A DNA stretch of 61,722 nucleotides, the filler included. It is 5 parts of 5 records of this genome, joined end to end, with 100 filler letters (N's around TTAATTAATTAA, not from the genome) between each part and the next. Parts side by side here need not be neighbours in the genome. Positions count along the whole stretch, not along the records: positions 1 to 10,633 come from SRR2962707_1625; 4 more parts are not named here. One strand, 5' to 3'. Position numbers and translations under genes: made by a program. Below are positions 1-8,497 of this stretch, one piece after another (positions within the stretch are counted from its first letter, which is position 1; each line of letters begins with the position of its first letter). The notes under the pieces were generated by a model. That model was not told where the DNA came from. It ran no database searches and saw only the letters and a list, made by a program, of their open reading frames with translations.

Positions 1-1420
1 GCGCAACGCCTTCTGCATCATCGGCCTGCGCGCCGGTCTGGGTGAGGGCGGAGGCCATGGCTGGCTGCTGGCGCAGCAGATCGTTCACGGCGAGGCGCAA
101 TATGACACCTGGGTGATCGACCCCCGGCGGTTCACCGGCCATGCCAGCGTTGAACTGACCTCGCTGAAGGCAATCGAGGATTATCAGAACGAGTTCCGCT
201 TTCATTTCCCGCATGAACATCGGCCTGCCGGGCGTCCGATGAAGACCACACCGCTGACGCCTGTGCTGGTTGGCGAAGGAGCGCATATGGGGACGGTCAA
301 TGGATGGGAACGCATCGACTACATCAAGCCGTCGCCGGGTTTTGAAGAGACGCTGGGGTTCCGCTTCAATGAAGTCGACGCGATTGTGGGCGAGGAGATC
401 AACGCGGTCGCCACCGCGGTCGGCCTGACCGAGGTGTCGGGCTTCAACCGGTTCGAGCTGACCGGGGCTGATGTGCACAGTTTTCTCGACCGGATGATAT
501 GTGGAACGGTGACCAAGCGGCCGGGTCGGGTCGGGCTTGGCTATCTTTTGAACGAACATGGCATGCTCAAAGCCGAGGCGACGATTGCCAACATTCCCGC
601 GTCCGACCGGGGCGGAGACCGGGTCTGGTACGGGTCGGCTGCGGCGTCGGAATTTCATGACATGGACTGGTTGCGCTCGCATCTGCGTGAGGACGAGGAT
701 GTGACCATCGGCTCGCTGACCAACGCGCAGACAATCCTGGTGCTGGCCGGACCCAAGGCCCGCGACGTGCTCTCTCAAGCGGCGCGGGGTGACTGGTCGC
801 GCGAGGCCTTCCCCTGGCTGTCGGTGCGCGAAGCTTATGTCGGCATTGCGCCTGCGACGGTGCTGGCCGTCAGCTTCTCGGGAGAGCTGGCCTATGAAAT
901 TCACGTTCCGAATGAAAGCCTGTATGCGGCCTATCTGGCGTTGCGCCGGGCTGGCGAGCCGCATGGCCTGAAGCTGTTCGGGTCGCGGGCCGTCGAATCC
1001 ATGCGTCTGGAGAAGGGCTATCTGCACTGGAAGGCGGATATCCTGACCGAATTCGATCCTTTCGAGACCGGTCTTGACCGTTTCGTCAAGCCGGAGAAGG
1101 CGGAGTTCGTCGGCAAGGATGCGCTGTTGAAGCGCATGGAGGCCGGTCCGAGCCGCCGTCTGGTGACGCTTGCGATCGACACGAAAGATGCGCCTGCCCA
1201 TGGCGGTGCATCGGTCAGGACAAATGGCCGTATCGTCGGCACTGTGACCTCGGGCGGCTGGGGCTACAGAGCCAAACTCAATCTCGCCTATGCCTTCATG
1301 CAGCCGGACTTCGCCGTGCCTGGTCGCGAGATGACGGTCGACATTATTGGCGAACCGGTGTCGGCCCGGGTGATCGAGAGTGGCCCCTATGATCCGGGCC
1401 TTGCGCGAGTCAGGGCATGA
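1..1420 (+). CDS. GcvT-family FAD-dependent oxidoreductase (dimethylglycine/sarcosine dehydrogenase-like), 5'-partial
   Basis: Frame is open from base 2 (RNAFCIIGLRAGLGEGGGHGWLLAQ...). The C-terminal aminomethyltransferase-like domain has SFSGELAYEIH, SMRLEKGY and GTVTSGGWG. Confidence 0.85.
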   Translation, partial: RNAFCIIGLRAGLGEGGGHGWLLAQQIVHGEAQYDTWVIDPRRFTGHASVELTSLKAIEDYQNEFRFHFPHEHRPAGRPMKTTPLTPVLVGEGAHMGTVNGWERIDYIKPSPGFEETLGFRFNEVDAIVGEEINAVATAVGLTEVSGFNRFELTGADVHSFLDRMICGTVTKRPGRVGLGYLLNEHGMLKAEATIANIPASDRGGDRVWYGSAAASEFHDMDWLRSHLREDEDVTIGSLTNAQTILVLAGPKARDVLSQAARGDWSREAFPWLSVREAYVGIAPATVLAVSFSGELAYEIHVPNESLYAAYLALRRAGEPHGLKLFGSRAVESMRLEKGYLHWKADILTEFDPFETGLDRFVKPEKAEFVGKDALLKRMEAGPSRRLVTLAIDTKDAPAHGGASVRTNGRIVGTVTSGGWGYRAKLNLAYAFMQPDFAVPGREMTVDIIGEPVSARVIESGPYDPGLARVRA

Positions 1421-1471
1421 TTTCGCTATAGTCCTCAGAACGAGTGGGTCTCGAGGTAAAGCGTCGTCAGG

Positions 1472-1522
1472 CTTGACATATCGTTTAGTGATAAACTATA
1501 TAGTTTAACGCTAAACGATATG
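1472..1522 (+). promoter_or_regulatory. sigma70-type promoter overlapped by a 46-bp palindrome with two GTTTA-N4-TAAAC boxes (probable MarR operators)
   Basis: CTTGAC (1472-1477)-N18-CTATAT (1496-1501) fits the rhizobial sigma70 consensus. 1477-1522 CATATCGTTTAGTGATAAACTATATAGTTTAACGCTAAACGATATG is self-complementary except 2 positions per arm. Confidence 0.75.
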
Positions 1523-2692
1523 GAGCCAGATATGACCAGCAGACGGAAATTCATGACAATCCTTGGGGGCGGGATAATTATCGCCGCGGGCGGAATTGGA
1601 ACCTGGGCCGCAACCCGTGATCCAGCAGCCGGGCGTCAGCCCTGGCAGGCGGCAAAAGCGCTGAAGGCGGGCACAAGCGGCGATCCACGTATCTTTGCGC
1701 TGTCGCATGCGATCCTGGCGCCCAATCCACATAACCGCCAGCCCTGGATTGCTGAGCTTGCGACGCCGGGCGAGATCACATTGTATTTCGACACCGCGCG
1801 GCGGCTGCCGGAAACCGATCCCTATGACCGGCAACTGACAATCGGCCTTGGCTGTTTCGTCGAATTACTGGCAATGGCGGCTGCGGAAACCGGCCATCGC
1901 ACTGAAGTGACGCTGTTCCCGGACGGCGAACCGCAGCCGGTTCTGAATGACCGCCCGGTGGCGCATATTCGCCTTGTGGCGGACAGCGCCGTGCAGCGCG
2001 ATCCGCTGTTTGCGCAGGTGTTTGCGCGCCATACCAACCGTGAAGCCTATGACACCGATCGACCGGTAGCAGCCCAGACGCTGGACGGCATTGCCGGTGC
2101 CGCGCGGTCCGCGCGTATGGCCCATGCGACCAGGGCTGAAGACGTGGCCGCGCTCCGGGCGCTTTCCTGGGACGCGATGGAGATCGAGCTGCGTACTTAC
2201 AGCACGATGAAGGAGAGCGTTGACCTGATGCGCATCGGCAAGGCCGAGATCGAGGCCAATCCCGACGGCATCAGCCTCGCCGGTCCGCTTATGGAGGGGT
2301 TGAGCCTGCTCGGCATGATGAACAAGGAGGAGATGCTGGACCCCGCTTCGACGCTGTTTGCCCAGAGCCTGGACGCGCAGAGGGTTCAGTTCGACACCGC
2401 CATGGCATTTCTCTGGCTGACGACGCCGGGCAATGCCCGGGCTGACCAGATTGCTGCCGGGCGTGACTATGTGCGCATGCATCTCGCCATCACCGGGGCA
2501 GGGCTTGCGCTGCAGCCGTTCAGCCAGGCGTTGCAGGAATATGACGAGATGACTGGCAAATACGGTGACATGCGCACTGCGCTGGGGATCAGTGAAGACG
2601 AGACGCTGCAAATGTTTGTCCGGCTGGGCTATGGTCCAGACATCAAGCCAGCACCGCGCTGGCCGCTGGATAGCCGGATCAGGAGTGCATGA
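1520..2692 (+). CDS. Tat-signal Acg-family FMN-binding nitroreductase-like protein
   Basis: SRRKFM twin-arginine motif followed by a hydrophobic stretch; AILAPNPHNRQPW nitroreductase motif; C-terminal RLGYG..P.PR. The start may be the ATG at 1532. Confidence 0.8.
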   Translation: MEPDMTSRRKFMTILGGGIIIAAGGIGTWAATRDPAAGRQPWQAAKALKAGTSGDPRIFALSHAILAPNPHNRQPWIAELATPGEITLYFDTARRLPETDPYDRQLTIGLGCFVELLAMAAAETGHRTEVTLFPDGEPQPVLNDRPVAHIRLVADSAVQRDPLFAQVFARHTNREAYDTDRPVAAQTLDGIAGAARSARMAHATRAEDVAALRALSWDAMEIELRTYSTMKESVDLMRIGKAEIEANPDGISLAGPLMEGLSLLGMMNKEEMLDPASTLFAQSLDAQRVQFDTAMAFLWLTTPGNARADQIAAGRDYVRMHLAITGAGLALQPFSQALQEYDEMTGKYGDMRTALGISEDETLQMFVRLGYGPDIKPAPRWPLDSRIRSA

Positions 2693-3141
2693 GCGCAAAT
2701 CCCAACGACATGGAAGCCCTTTTCGGCTTCTTCAACGAGATCGGCATCCTCTCGCAGCTATCCGGCAACGCCTTTGAAAAGGCGATGCCGGAAGGCATGA
2801 CGCTGGCGCAGTTTTCGGTGCTCAATCATCTCAGCCGGGTCGGGGATGGCTGGACGCCGCACCGGATTGCGCGTGCCATGCAGGTGACAAAAGGTGCCAT
2901 GACCGGCACGCTGAAACATCTCGAAGGCAAGGGTCTGGTTGTGATTACCCCCGACGCGACCGACGGCCGGGCAAAACGCGTCAACATCACCGATGAGGGG
3001 CGTGCCATGCGCGATGCCTGCATTGGGACAATGGCGCCGATGATGCAGGCCCTGCTGCAGGAATTCCCGGCAGGGGACATCGTCAAGACCGTGCCTGTGC
3101 TTGCCGCGGTACGAGCCTGGCTCGACCAGCGGCGCAACTGA
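2689..3141 (+). CDS. MarR-family transcriptional regulator
   Basis: 150 aa; LAQFSVLNHL...LEGKGLV...DGRAKRV winged-helix signature; ATGA overlap with the upstream gene. Confidence 0.9.
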   Translation: MSANPNDMEALFGFFNEIGILSQLSGNAFEKAMPEGMTLAQFSVLNHLSRVGDGWTPHRIARAMQVTKGAMTGTLKHLEGKGLVVITPDATDGRAKRVNITDEGRAMRDACIGTMAPMMQALLQEFPAGDIVKTVPVLAAVRAWLDQRRN

Positions 3142-3180
3142 CGCACTGCCCCTTGCGGCGTTGCTACGCGCGCAGTCAGA

Positions 3181-3663
3181 TCAGTTGGGCCCCTGCTCGT
3201 CGGAACGAAAAAGCAGCGGGATCGAAAAGCCGGTCTTGACCCGGTCCATGACCACGCTTGTGCGGAACTTCATGATGTTTTCTTCCGCAAAGAAATAGCG
3301 GCGGGTAAAGGCCTCGTAATCAGCCATGTCGCTGGCCGACAGGATCAGCAGAAAATCGCTGGCGCCGGTGATGTAATAGCACTGCATCACCTCGGGTGCC
3401 GACTTCATGGATTCGCGAAACCGGTCGAGATCGACCGGGCGCTCCGAGGTCAGCGCCACCTCGACAATCACAAGCAAACCGCGGCCGAGCTTGCCCGGGT
3501 TGAGGACTGCGATATCAGCATCGACATAGCCCTCGGCGCGCAACCGGGAGAGACGTTTTCGGCAACTGTCGGGCGACAGGTGAACAAGCTTGGACAAGGC
3601 CTCCGCAGTGAGGCGGTTGTTGGTCTGGATGGCGTCAAGAATGGCTGCGTCGAATTTGTCCAT
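3181..3663 (-). CDS. Lrp/AsnC-family transcriptional regulator
   Basis: MDKFDAAILDAIQTNNR N-terminal HTH; PEVMQCYYITGASDF RAM domain; divergent from the 3849-6815 operon. Confidence 0.92.
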   Translation of the reverse strand: MDKFDAAILDAIQTNNRLTAEALSKLVHLSPDSCRKRLSRLRAEGYVDADIAVLNPGKLGRGLLVIVEVALTSERPVDLDRFRESMKSAPEVMQCYYITGASDFLLILSASDMADYEAFTRRYFFAEENIMKFRTSVVMDRVKTGFSIPLLFRSDEQGPN

Positions 3664-3848
3664 GCGGGATATTCGCCGGAAATCCGGCGTGGGGCCAGAG
3701 TTTTGTGATGTTCAGGTCCGGAATTCCTCCTGGTGTTTGCTTTACGCTCTGAAAAACGGACTGGTTCGTTGTAATTAATCCGGGAAGTGGGGTGCTGTTT
3801 GCGGTTATCCTGCTGCGACTAACACACCGGCGAAATGGGGAGGTGCGC

Positions 3849-4904
3849 ATGATCACGGCACTGGAAAATCGATATCGGGGCATCGGATTGCCGGATCTTC
3901 AACCCATGCCGGGAGTCGATGCGCGCGCCGTTGCAGCTCTGCTGGCGCAATGCCCGGCGCATGCGCCGACATCGCTTGTGGATTGTCCGGAGCTTGCCGC
4001 CAAGGCAGGTGTTGCGCGTCTGACGATCAAGGATGAACGCGGACGCATGGGGCTTGGCAGTTTCAAGGCGCTGGGCGCTGCCTACGCGATTGCCCGCGAG
4101 GCCGCGGCCGTCGGCGGTGATCTGCGCCAGGCTTTGAAGGGGCGTACCTATGTGACCGCAAGTGCGGGCAATCATGGCCAATCAGTTGCGGCGGGTGCGC
4201 GGATTTTTGGCGCGGCAGCGGTGGTGTATCTGTCGCAAGCCGTACCGGAAGGCTTTGCCAGACGGCTTGAAGCCATGGGGGCGCAGGTGGTGCGGGCGGG
4301 CACTGACTATGAGGCCAGCATGCAGGCGGCTTTGGCTGCGGCGGACGCCAATGGCTGGACCTTGTTGTCGGACAGTTCCTGGCCCGGATATGTGGAGCTG
4401 CCGTTCCGGGTGATGGAGGGTTACCGGCAGATGGCGACCGAGATCGTCGCTCAAATTTCAGAGGACGCGCGCGGTGTGCCGAGCCATGTGCTGTTGCAGG
4501 CAGGTGTCGGCGGGCTTGCGGCGGCGATTGCCGCGGAACTGCGGCTGGCCTGGGGTGATGCGCCGCAGATGATCGTGGTCGAGCCCGAAGTGGCGCCGGC
4601 GTTGATCGAGAGCATTCGCGCGGGGAAGGTGATTGATACGGAAGGGCCGGATTCATCGATGGGACGGCTTGACTGCAAGACGCCGTCGATGCTGGCGCTG
4701 GCCGATCTGGCGCGCGATGCCGACCGCTTTGTGACGATCAGCGAAGCGGAAGCGGCTGCAGGGGCTGCCGCTGTGGCGGATGCGGGGTTTGCCTCCACGC
4801 CCTCGGGTGCGGCTGGCGTGGCGGCGCTGCTGGCGGGACTTGAGGGGATCGGGCCGCACTCGCATGTGCTGTGCATTCTGAGCGAAGGGCCGGAAGATGC
4901 CTGA
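3849..4904 (+). CDS. PLP-dependent diaminopropionate ammonia-lyase-like enzyme (fold type II)
   Basis: KDE..RMGLGSFKALG PLP-lysine motif, ASAGNHG, LSDSSW, QAGVGG, MGRLDC. GGAGG RBS precedes the ATG at 3849. Confidence 0.8.
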   Translation: MITALENRYRGIGLPDLQPMPGVDARAVAALLAQCPAHAPTSLVDCPELAAKAGVARLTIKDERGRMGLGSFKALGAAYAIAREAAAVGGDLRQALKGRTYVTASAGNHGQSVAAGARIFGAAAVVYLSQAVPEGFARRLEAMGAQVVRAGTDYEASMQAALAAADANGWTLLSDSSWPGYVELPFRVMEGYRQMATEIVAQISEDARGVPSHVLLQAGVGGLAAAIAAELRLAWGDAPQMIVVEPEVAPALIESIRAGKVIDTEGPDSSMGRLDCKTPSMLALADLARDADRFVTISEAEAAAGAAAVADAGFASTPSGAAGVAALLAGLEGIGPHSHVLCILSEGPEDA

Positions 4905-6063
4905 GACATCGCTGATCTTTCCAGCCGGGGAATACCGGCGCCGCATCAAGGCGTTGCCAAGCGAGATGGCGCGCGGCGGGCTGGATGCGCTGCTGCTGAC
5001 CACGCCTGCTGATGTGTTTTACACAACCGGTTTCCTGACCCGGTTCTGGGAAAGCCCGGCGCGACCGTGGTTTGTGGTGGTGCCTGCGGCAGGTGAGCCG
5101 GTGGCGGTTATACCTGCCATCGGGGCCGAGTTGATGGGGCGCTGCTGGATCAACGACATTCGTACCTGGAATGCGCCGGACCCGGTTGATGACGGCGTCA
5201 GCCTTTTGGCCGACACGTTGATGTCTCTGGTGCCGGCTTCGGGCAGAATCGGTATTCCGATGGGGCTGGAAAGTCATCTGCGCATGCCGGTTGCCGATTT
5301 TCTGCGGCTGCAGAGCCACATCGCGCCGCGCCAGATTGTCGATGGCACGGACGCGGTCTACCGGGTGCGCGAAATCAAATCCGAGGCCGAGATCGCCAAG
5401 ATCCGCGCCACGTGCGCGATAGCTGACGCGGCGTTTGAGCGGGTGCCGGAGTTTGCGCGGAAAGGCGTGCCGCTGTCACAGGTGTTTCGTGATTTTCAGG
5501 TGGCTCTGCTGCAGGAAGGGGCGGACTGGGTCAGCTATGTTGCGGGCGGGGCCGGGCCGGGCGGCTATGGCGATGTCATCTCGCCGGCGGATGATCGTCC
5601 GTTACAGGCGGGCGATGTGCTGATGCTCGACACCGGTGCTGTGCGCGAGGGGTATTTCTGCGATTTTGACCGGAATTTTGCCATCGGGCGTGCCGCCGAT
5701 GATGTGCGTCGGGCCCAAGCAAGCCTATATGCGGCGACCGATGAGGCGCTCACCAGTCTGCGTCCGGGCATGCTGGCGCGCGATCTGCACCGCATTCTGT
5801 CTGAGGCACTGAAGCGGCAAGGCGCGGTTGTCGGTGGCGGCAGGCTGGGTCACGGGCTGGGGCTGACATTGACGGAATGGCCGTCGGTCACCCCGCTTGA
5901 TACGACCGAATTGCGCGAAGGCATGGTGCTGACGCTGGAACCCGGTGTCGAAATCGCGCCGGGCCGGATACTGGTGCATGAGGAAAACATTGTGCTGCGC
6001 GCCGAGGGGCCTGAATTGCTGTCGCGCCGCGCGCCTGCCGAACTGCCGGAGATCAGGGGATGA
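4897..6063 (+). CDS. M24 (Xaa-Pro peptidase/creatinase fold) family hydrolase
   Basis: Creatinase-type N-domain; REIKSEAEI; metal ligands D(TG), D(FDR), H(GLG), E(PG), E(EN) all present. Confidence 0.85.
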   Translation: MPETSLIFPAGEYRRRIKALPSEMARGGLDALLLTTPADVFYTTGFLTRFWESPARPWFVVVPAAGEPVAVIPAIGAELMGRCWINDIRTWNAPDPVDDGVSLLADTLMSLVPASGRIGIPMGLESHLRMPVADFLRLQSHIAPRQIVDGTDAVYRVREIKSEAEIAKIRATCAIADAAFERVPEFARKGVPLSQVFRDFQVALLQEGADWVSYVAGGAGPGGYGDVISPADDRPLQAGDVLMLDTGAVREGYFCDFDRNFAIGRAADDVRRAQASLYAATDEALTSLRPGMLARDLHRILSEALKRQGAVVGGGRLGHGLGLTLTEWPSVTPLDTTELREGMVLTLEPGVEIAPGRILVHEENIVLRAEGPELLSRRAPAELPEIRG

Positions 6064-6815
6064 AACAGGCTGGCTTTGATCTCACCCATCCGATCGGGGC
6101 CAAAGCGACGCTGGGGCTGGTGGTGCTGCAGGCCGATGAAACGCTGGAGCAGGATTTCCGGCGGCTGTTCCTGGACCGGGAGATCGCGATTTATGTGAGC
6201 CGGATTCCGTCGGGAGACGAGCTGTCAGCTGCTTCAATTGCCGCGATGGAAGCGGAATTGACGCGCGGCGCCAGCCTGCTGCCACGGGCGGCGCGGTTTG
6301 ATGCGGTCGGCTATGGCTGCACCTCGGGCACAACGCTGATCGGGGCGGAGGCAGTGGCTGGCATGCTGCGGCAGGGTGTTGAGACGCCGATGGTCACGGA
6401 CCCGCTGACAGCGGCACTGGCAGCCCTGCAAGCGCTTGGCGTGCGACGGCTCGGCCTCGTCACGCCCTATGTCGAAAGCATCGCCGCGCCTGTGCGCGAT
6501 GCCTTCATTGCGGCGGGGTTCGAGGTCGGCGAGGTGCTGACCTTTGGCGAAGAGGTCGAGGCGCGGGTGGCGCGGATCGCGCCGGAGTCGATCATGGCTG
6601 CGGCACGGGACGCGGCCAAAGGGGCGGACGCGGTGTTCCTGTCCTGCACCAATCTGCGCACGCTGGATGTGATCGACGCGCTGGAAGCTGAACTTGGAAT
6701 TCCGGTGCTCAGCAGCAACCAGGTGCTGGCCTGGCACATGGCCGCGGCCACAGGCGCGCCGCTTGCCGGGGATGCGCCTGGAAGGTTGTTCGCCAAGACT
6801 GCCAAGGGGGGCTAG
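6060..6815 (+). CDS. Asp/Glu racemase / maleate isomerase family protein (EutA-like)
   Basis: Two catalytic-type cysteines in GYGCTSG and FLSCTNL; VTPY and PVLSSNQ motifs. Confidence 0.85.
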   Translation: MKQAGFDLTHPIGAKATLGLVVLQADETLEQDFRRLFLDREIAIYVSRIPSGDELSAASIAAMEAELTRGASLLPRAARFDAVGYGCTSGTTLIGAEAVAGMLRQGVETPMVTDPLTAALAALQALGVRRLGLVTPYVESIAAPVRDAFIAAGFEVGEVLTFGEEVEARVARIAPESIMAAARDAAKGADAVFLSCTNLRTLDVIDALEAELGIPVLSSNQVLAWHMAAATGAPLAGDAPGRLFAKTAKGG

Positions 6816-7011
6816 CCGACGTTTTGCGGCCGGATCGCGCTGGCTTTTCCTGCGCCGGGTCAGGTAGTCTGCAAAGGGGATGGGTATGGGGCAGCCGATC
6901 ACGGGAGAGCATGCAGCCGGGGGATGTAATTCGGCTCCTGCAGTGACATTTTCGACCCTTAGCGGACTTTAATGTGGGGCCCCTGATGTCTGCGTCGGGG
7001 AGCTAACAGCT

Positions 7012-7416
7012 TCAGCTTGGCAAAAACCGTTGAGCGATGTCGTGAGCGATCCTTTGTGGCCGTCGGGTAACCGCATCGACGCAACACCACGAACTGCGCA
7101 CTTCGGCTGCTATTTCTTCGCCGCGCCTAAAGTCTGTTGAAAATGACGCCCGAGGCCCGCGCGTTCCAGTCGCCGTGACCAAGGCATCCACTTCATCATT
7201 TATGAAAAGCGGTGTGCGATAGACAATTTCATGCTTGATAGCCACCCAGAGAAGTTCTTCCTGTGCGTCTGCTGAAGAGATGTGCTGCCAATAATCGACA
7301 ATGGCCTCCTGCACCCAGCGAAGGTAGACGGCATTGTTGACGTGACCCATGTCATCGATATCGCGTGGTACGATCGCTATCTCGTGCTCGAATGTCGGTC
7401 TCTGTGATGTTGTCAT
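7012..7416 (-). CDS. 4HBT-family acyl-CoA thioesterase
   Basis: DIDDMGHVNNAVY hot-dog thioesterase motif; 134 aa. Confidence 0.88.
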   Translation of the reverse strand: MTTSQRPTFEHEIAIVPRDIDDMGHVNNAVYLRWVQEAIVDYWQHISSADAQEELLWVAIKHEIVYRTPLFINDEVDALVTATGTRGPRASFSTDFRRGEEIAAEVRSSWCCVDAVTRRPQRIAHDIAQRFLPS

Positions 7417-7797
7417 ACTGACGAGATGGGGCTGCTGGTAGCGCTATACAATGCGCATCTGGATTGCTGGAGGAATTGTCTAGCAAAACCGATGCCAGAA
7501 ATGCAGAGAACAAAAAGTTGGCAATCAGGCTCGATCCGAGGGTGCGGGGTCAGCGACAGAACGCTGGTCGTGATCGATGTCAAAAGCCTATGGTCCTTTC
7601 AGAGCACTTCTCACGGCACGAACAAAAGACCGCAATCGGCCCAAACCGACATAGCCGTGGATATAGCTGCAGCTCACGGAAGCTCTCGACGCTGTATGTA
7701 GTGCAGCTTCTTGAGTGCGGAGATTGGTGAGCCATATCTGATCATGATGGGCACCACCGAGCAAATTGAGCCCGTTTTTGTGCCAGAAGCCCGTGCC

Positions 7798-8343
7798 CTA
7801 CGCCGCGCTCTTCCATTTCAACGGGGTCACGTAAACGATGCTGTCACCAGCACTGACCATCACTTCGCCGTCCTGAATGTTGACTTGGAGGCTCATGGCG
7901 CGGCTTGCGAGTTTTGCCAGTTCAGCCGTGTCCTTCTCGGAAAAATTTATCACGTGAAGATTTGCGAAACGGGAGGTGGTGTTCTTGATCTTGTCCCACC
8001 ACATCTCGGCCGTCCTGCCGCCGTAGGGATAGAGAACCACCTTGCCGGCCTTGCCACAGGATTGGCGCACCATTTTTTCGCTGGGAAGCCCAAGCGCCAC
8101 CCACACATCAAGTTCGCCGCTCAGGCTTTTCTGCCAGATGTCCGGCTCGTCATCGGTAGAAAGGCCCTTTGTCATTTCCAGATGTTCATGGGCATTGAGC
8201 GCAAACGCGACTAGACGCAGCATCAGCCGTTCATCGGTCTCCGAGGGGTGTTTGGCAACGGTCAGCTTATGGGTGTCATAATAGTGACGATCCATGTCGG
8301 AGACGGACAGTTCGACTTTATAGATGGTGGCATTTTGCGCCAT
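7798..8343 (-). CDS. yaeQ: YaeQ family protein
   Basis: MAQNATIYK...HPSETDERLMLRL...GLSTDDEPDIW is the characteristic YaeQ sequence. Confidence 0.9.
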   Translation of the reverse strand: MAQNATIYKVELSVSDMDRHYYDTHKLTVAKHPSETDERLMLRLVAFALNAHEHLEMTKGLSTDDEPDIWQKSLSGELDVWVALGLPSEKMVRQSCGKAGKVVLYPYGGRTAEMWWDKIKNTTSRFANLHVINFSEKDTAELAKLASRAMSLQVNIQDGEVMVSAGDSIVYVTPLKWKSAA

Positions 8344-8497
8344 GACATGTCCCAATATTCAAAGATGAGAGCGCCGTTCGATCAATAAGACGCATTCTGC
8401 CGCATGCTTACTGCGTCTGATGACATTGTGAAAGCAGATAAAGAGGCCACGGTTAAGGGGGGCGCATCAGGCCAGCCGGAAGCCGGAGCTCATCCGG

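Noticed and set aside
4897-6063. Calling the M24 protein EutD/DoeA or the DMSP lyase DddP
   Set aside because: It shares the fold only. It retains a full prolidase-type metal site, eutC/eutE context is missing, and I see no DddP-specific evidence.
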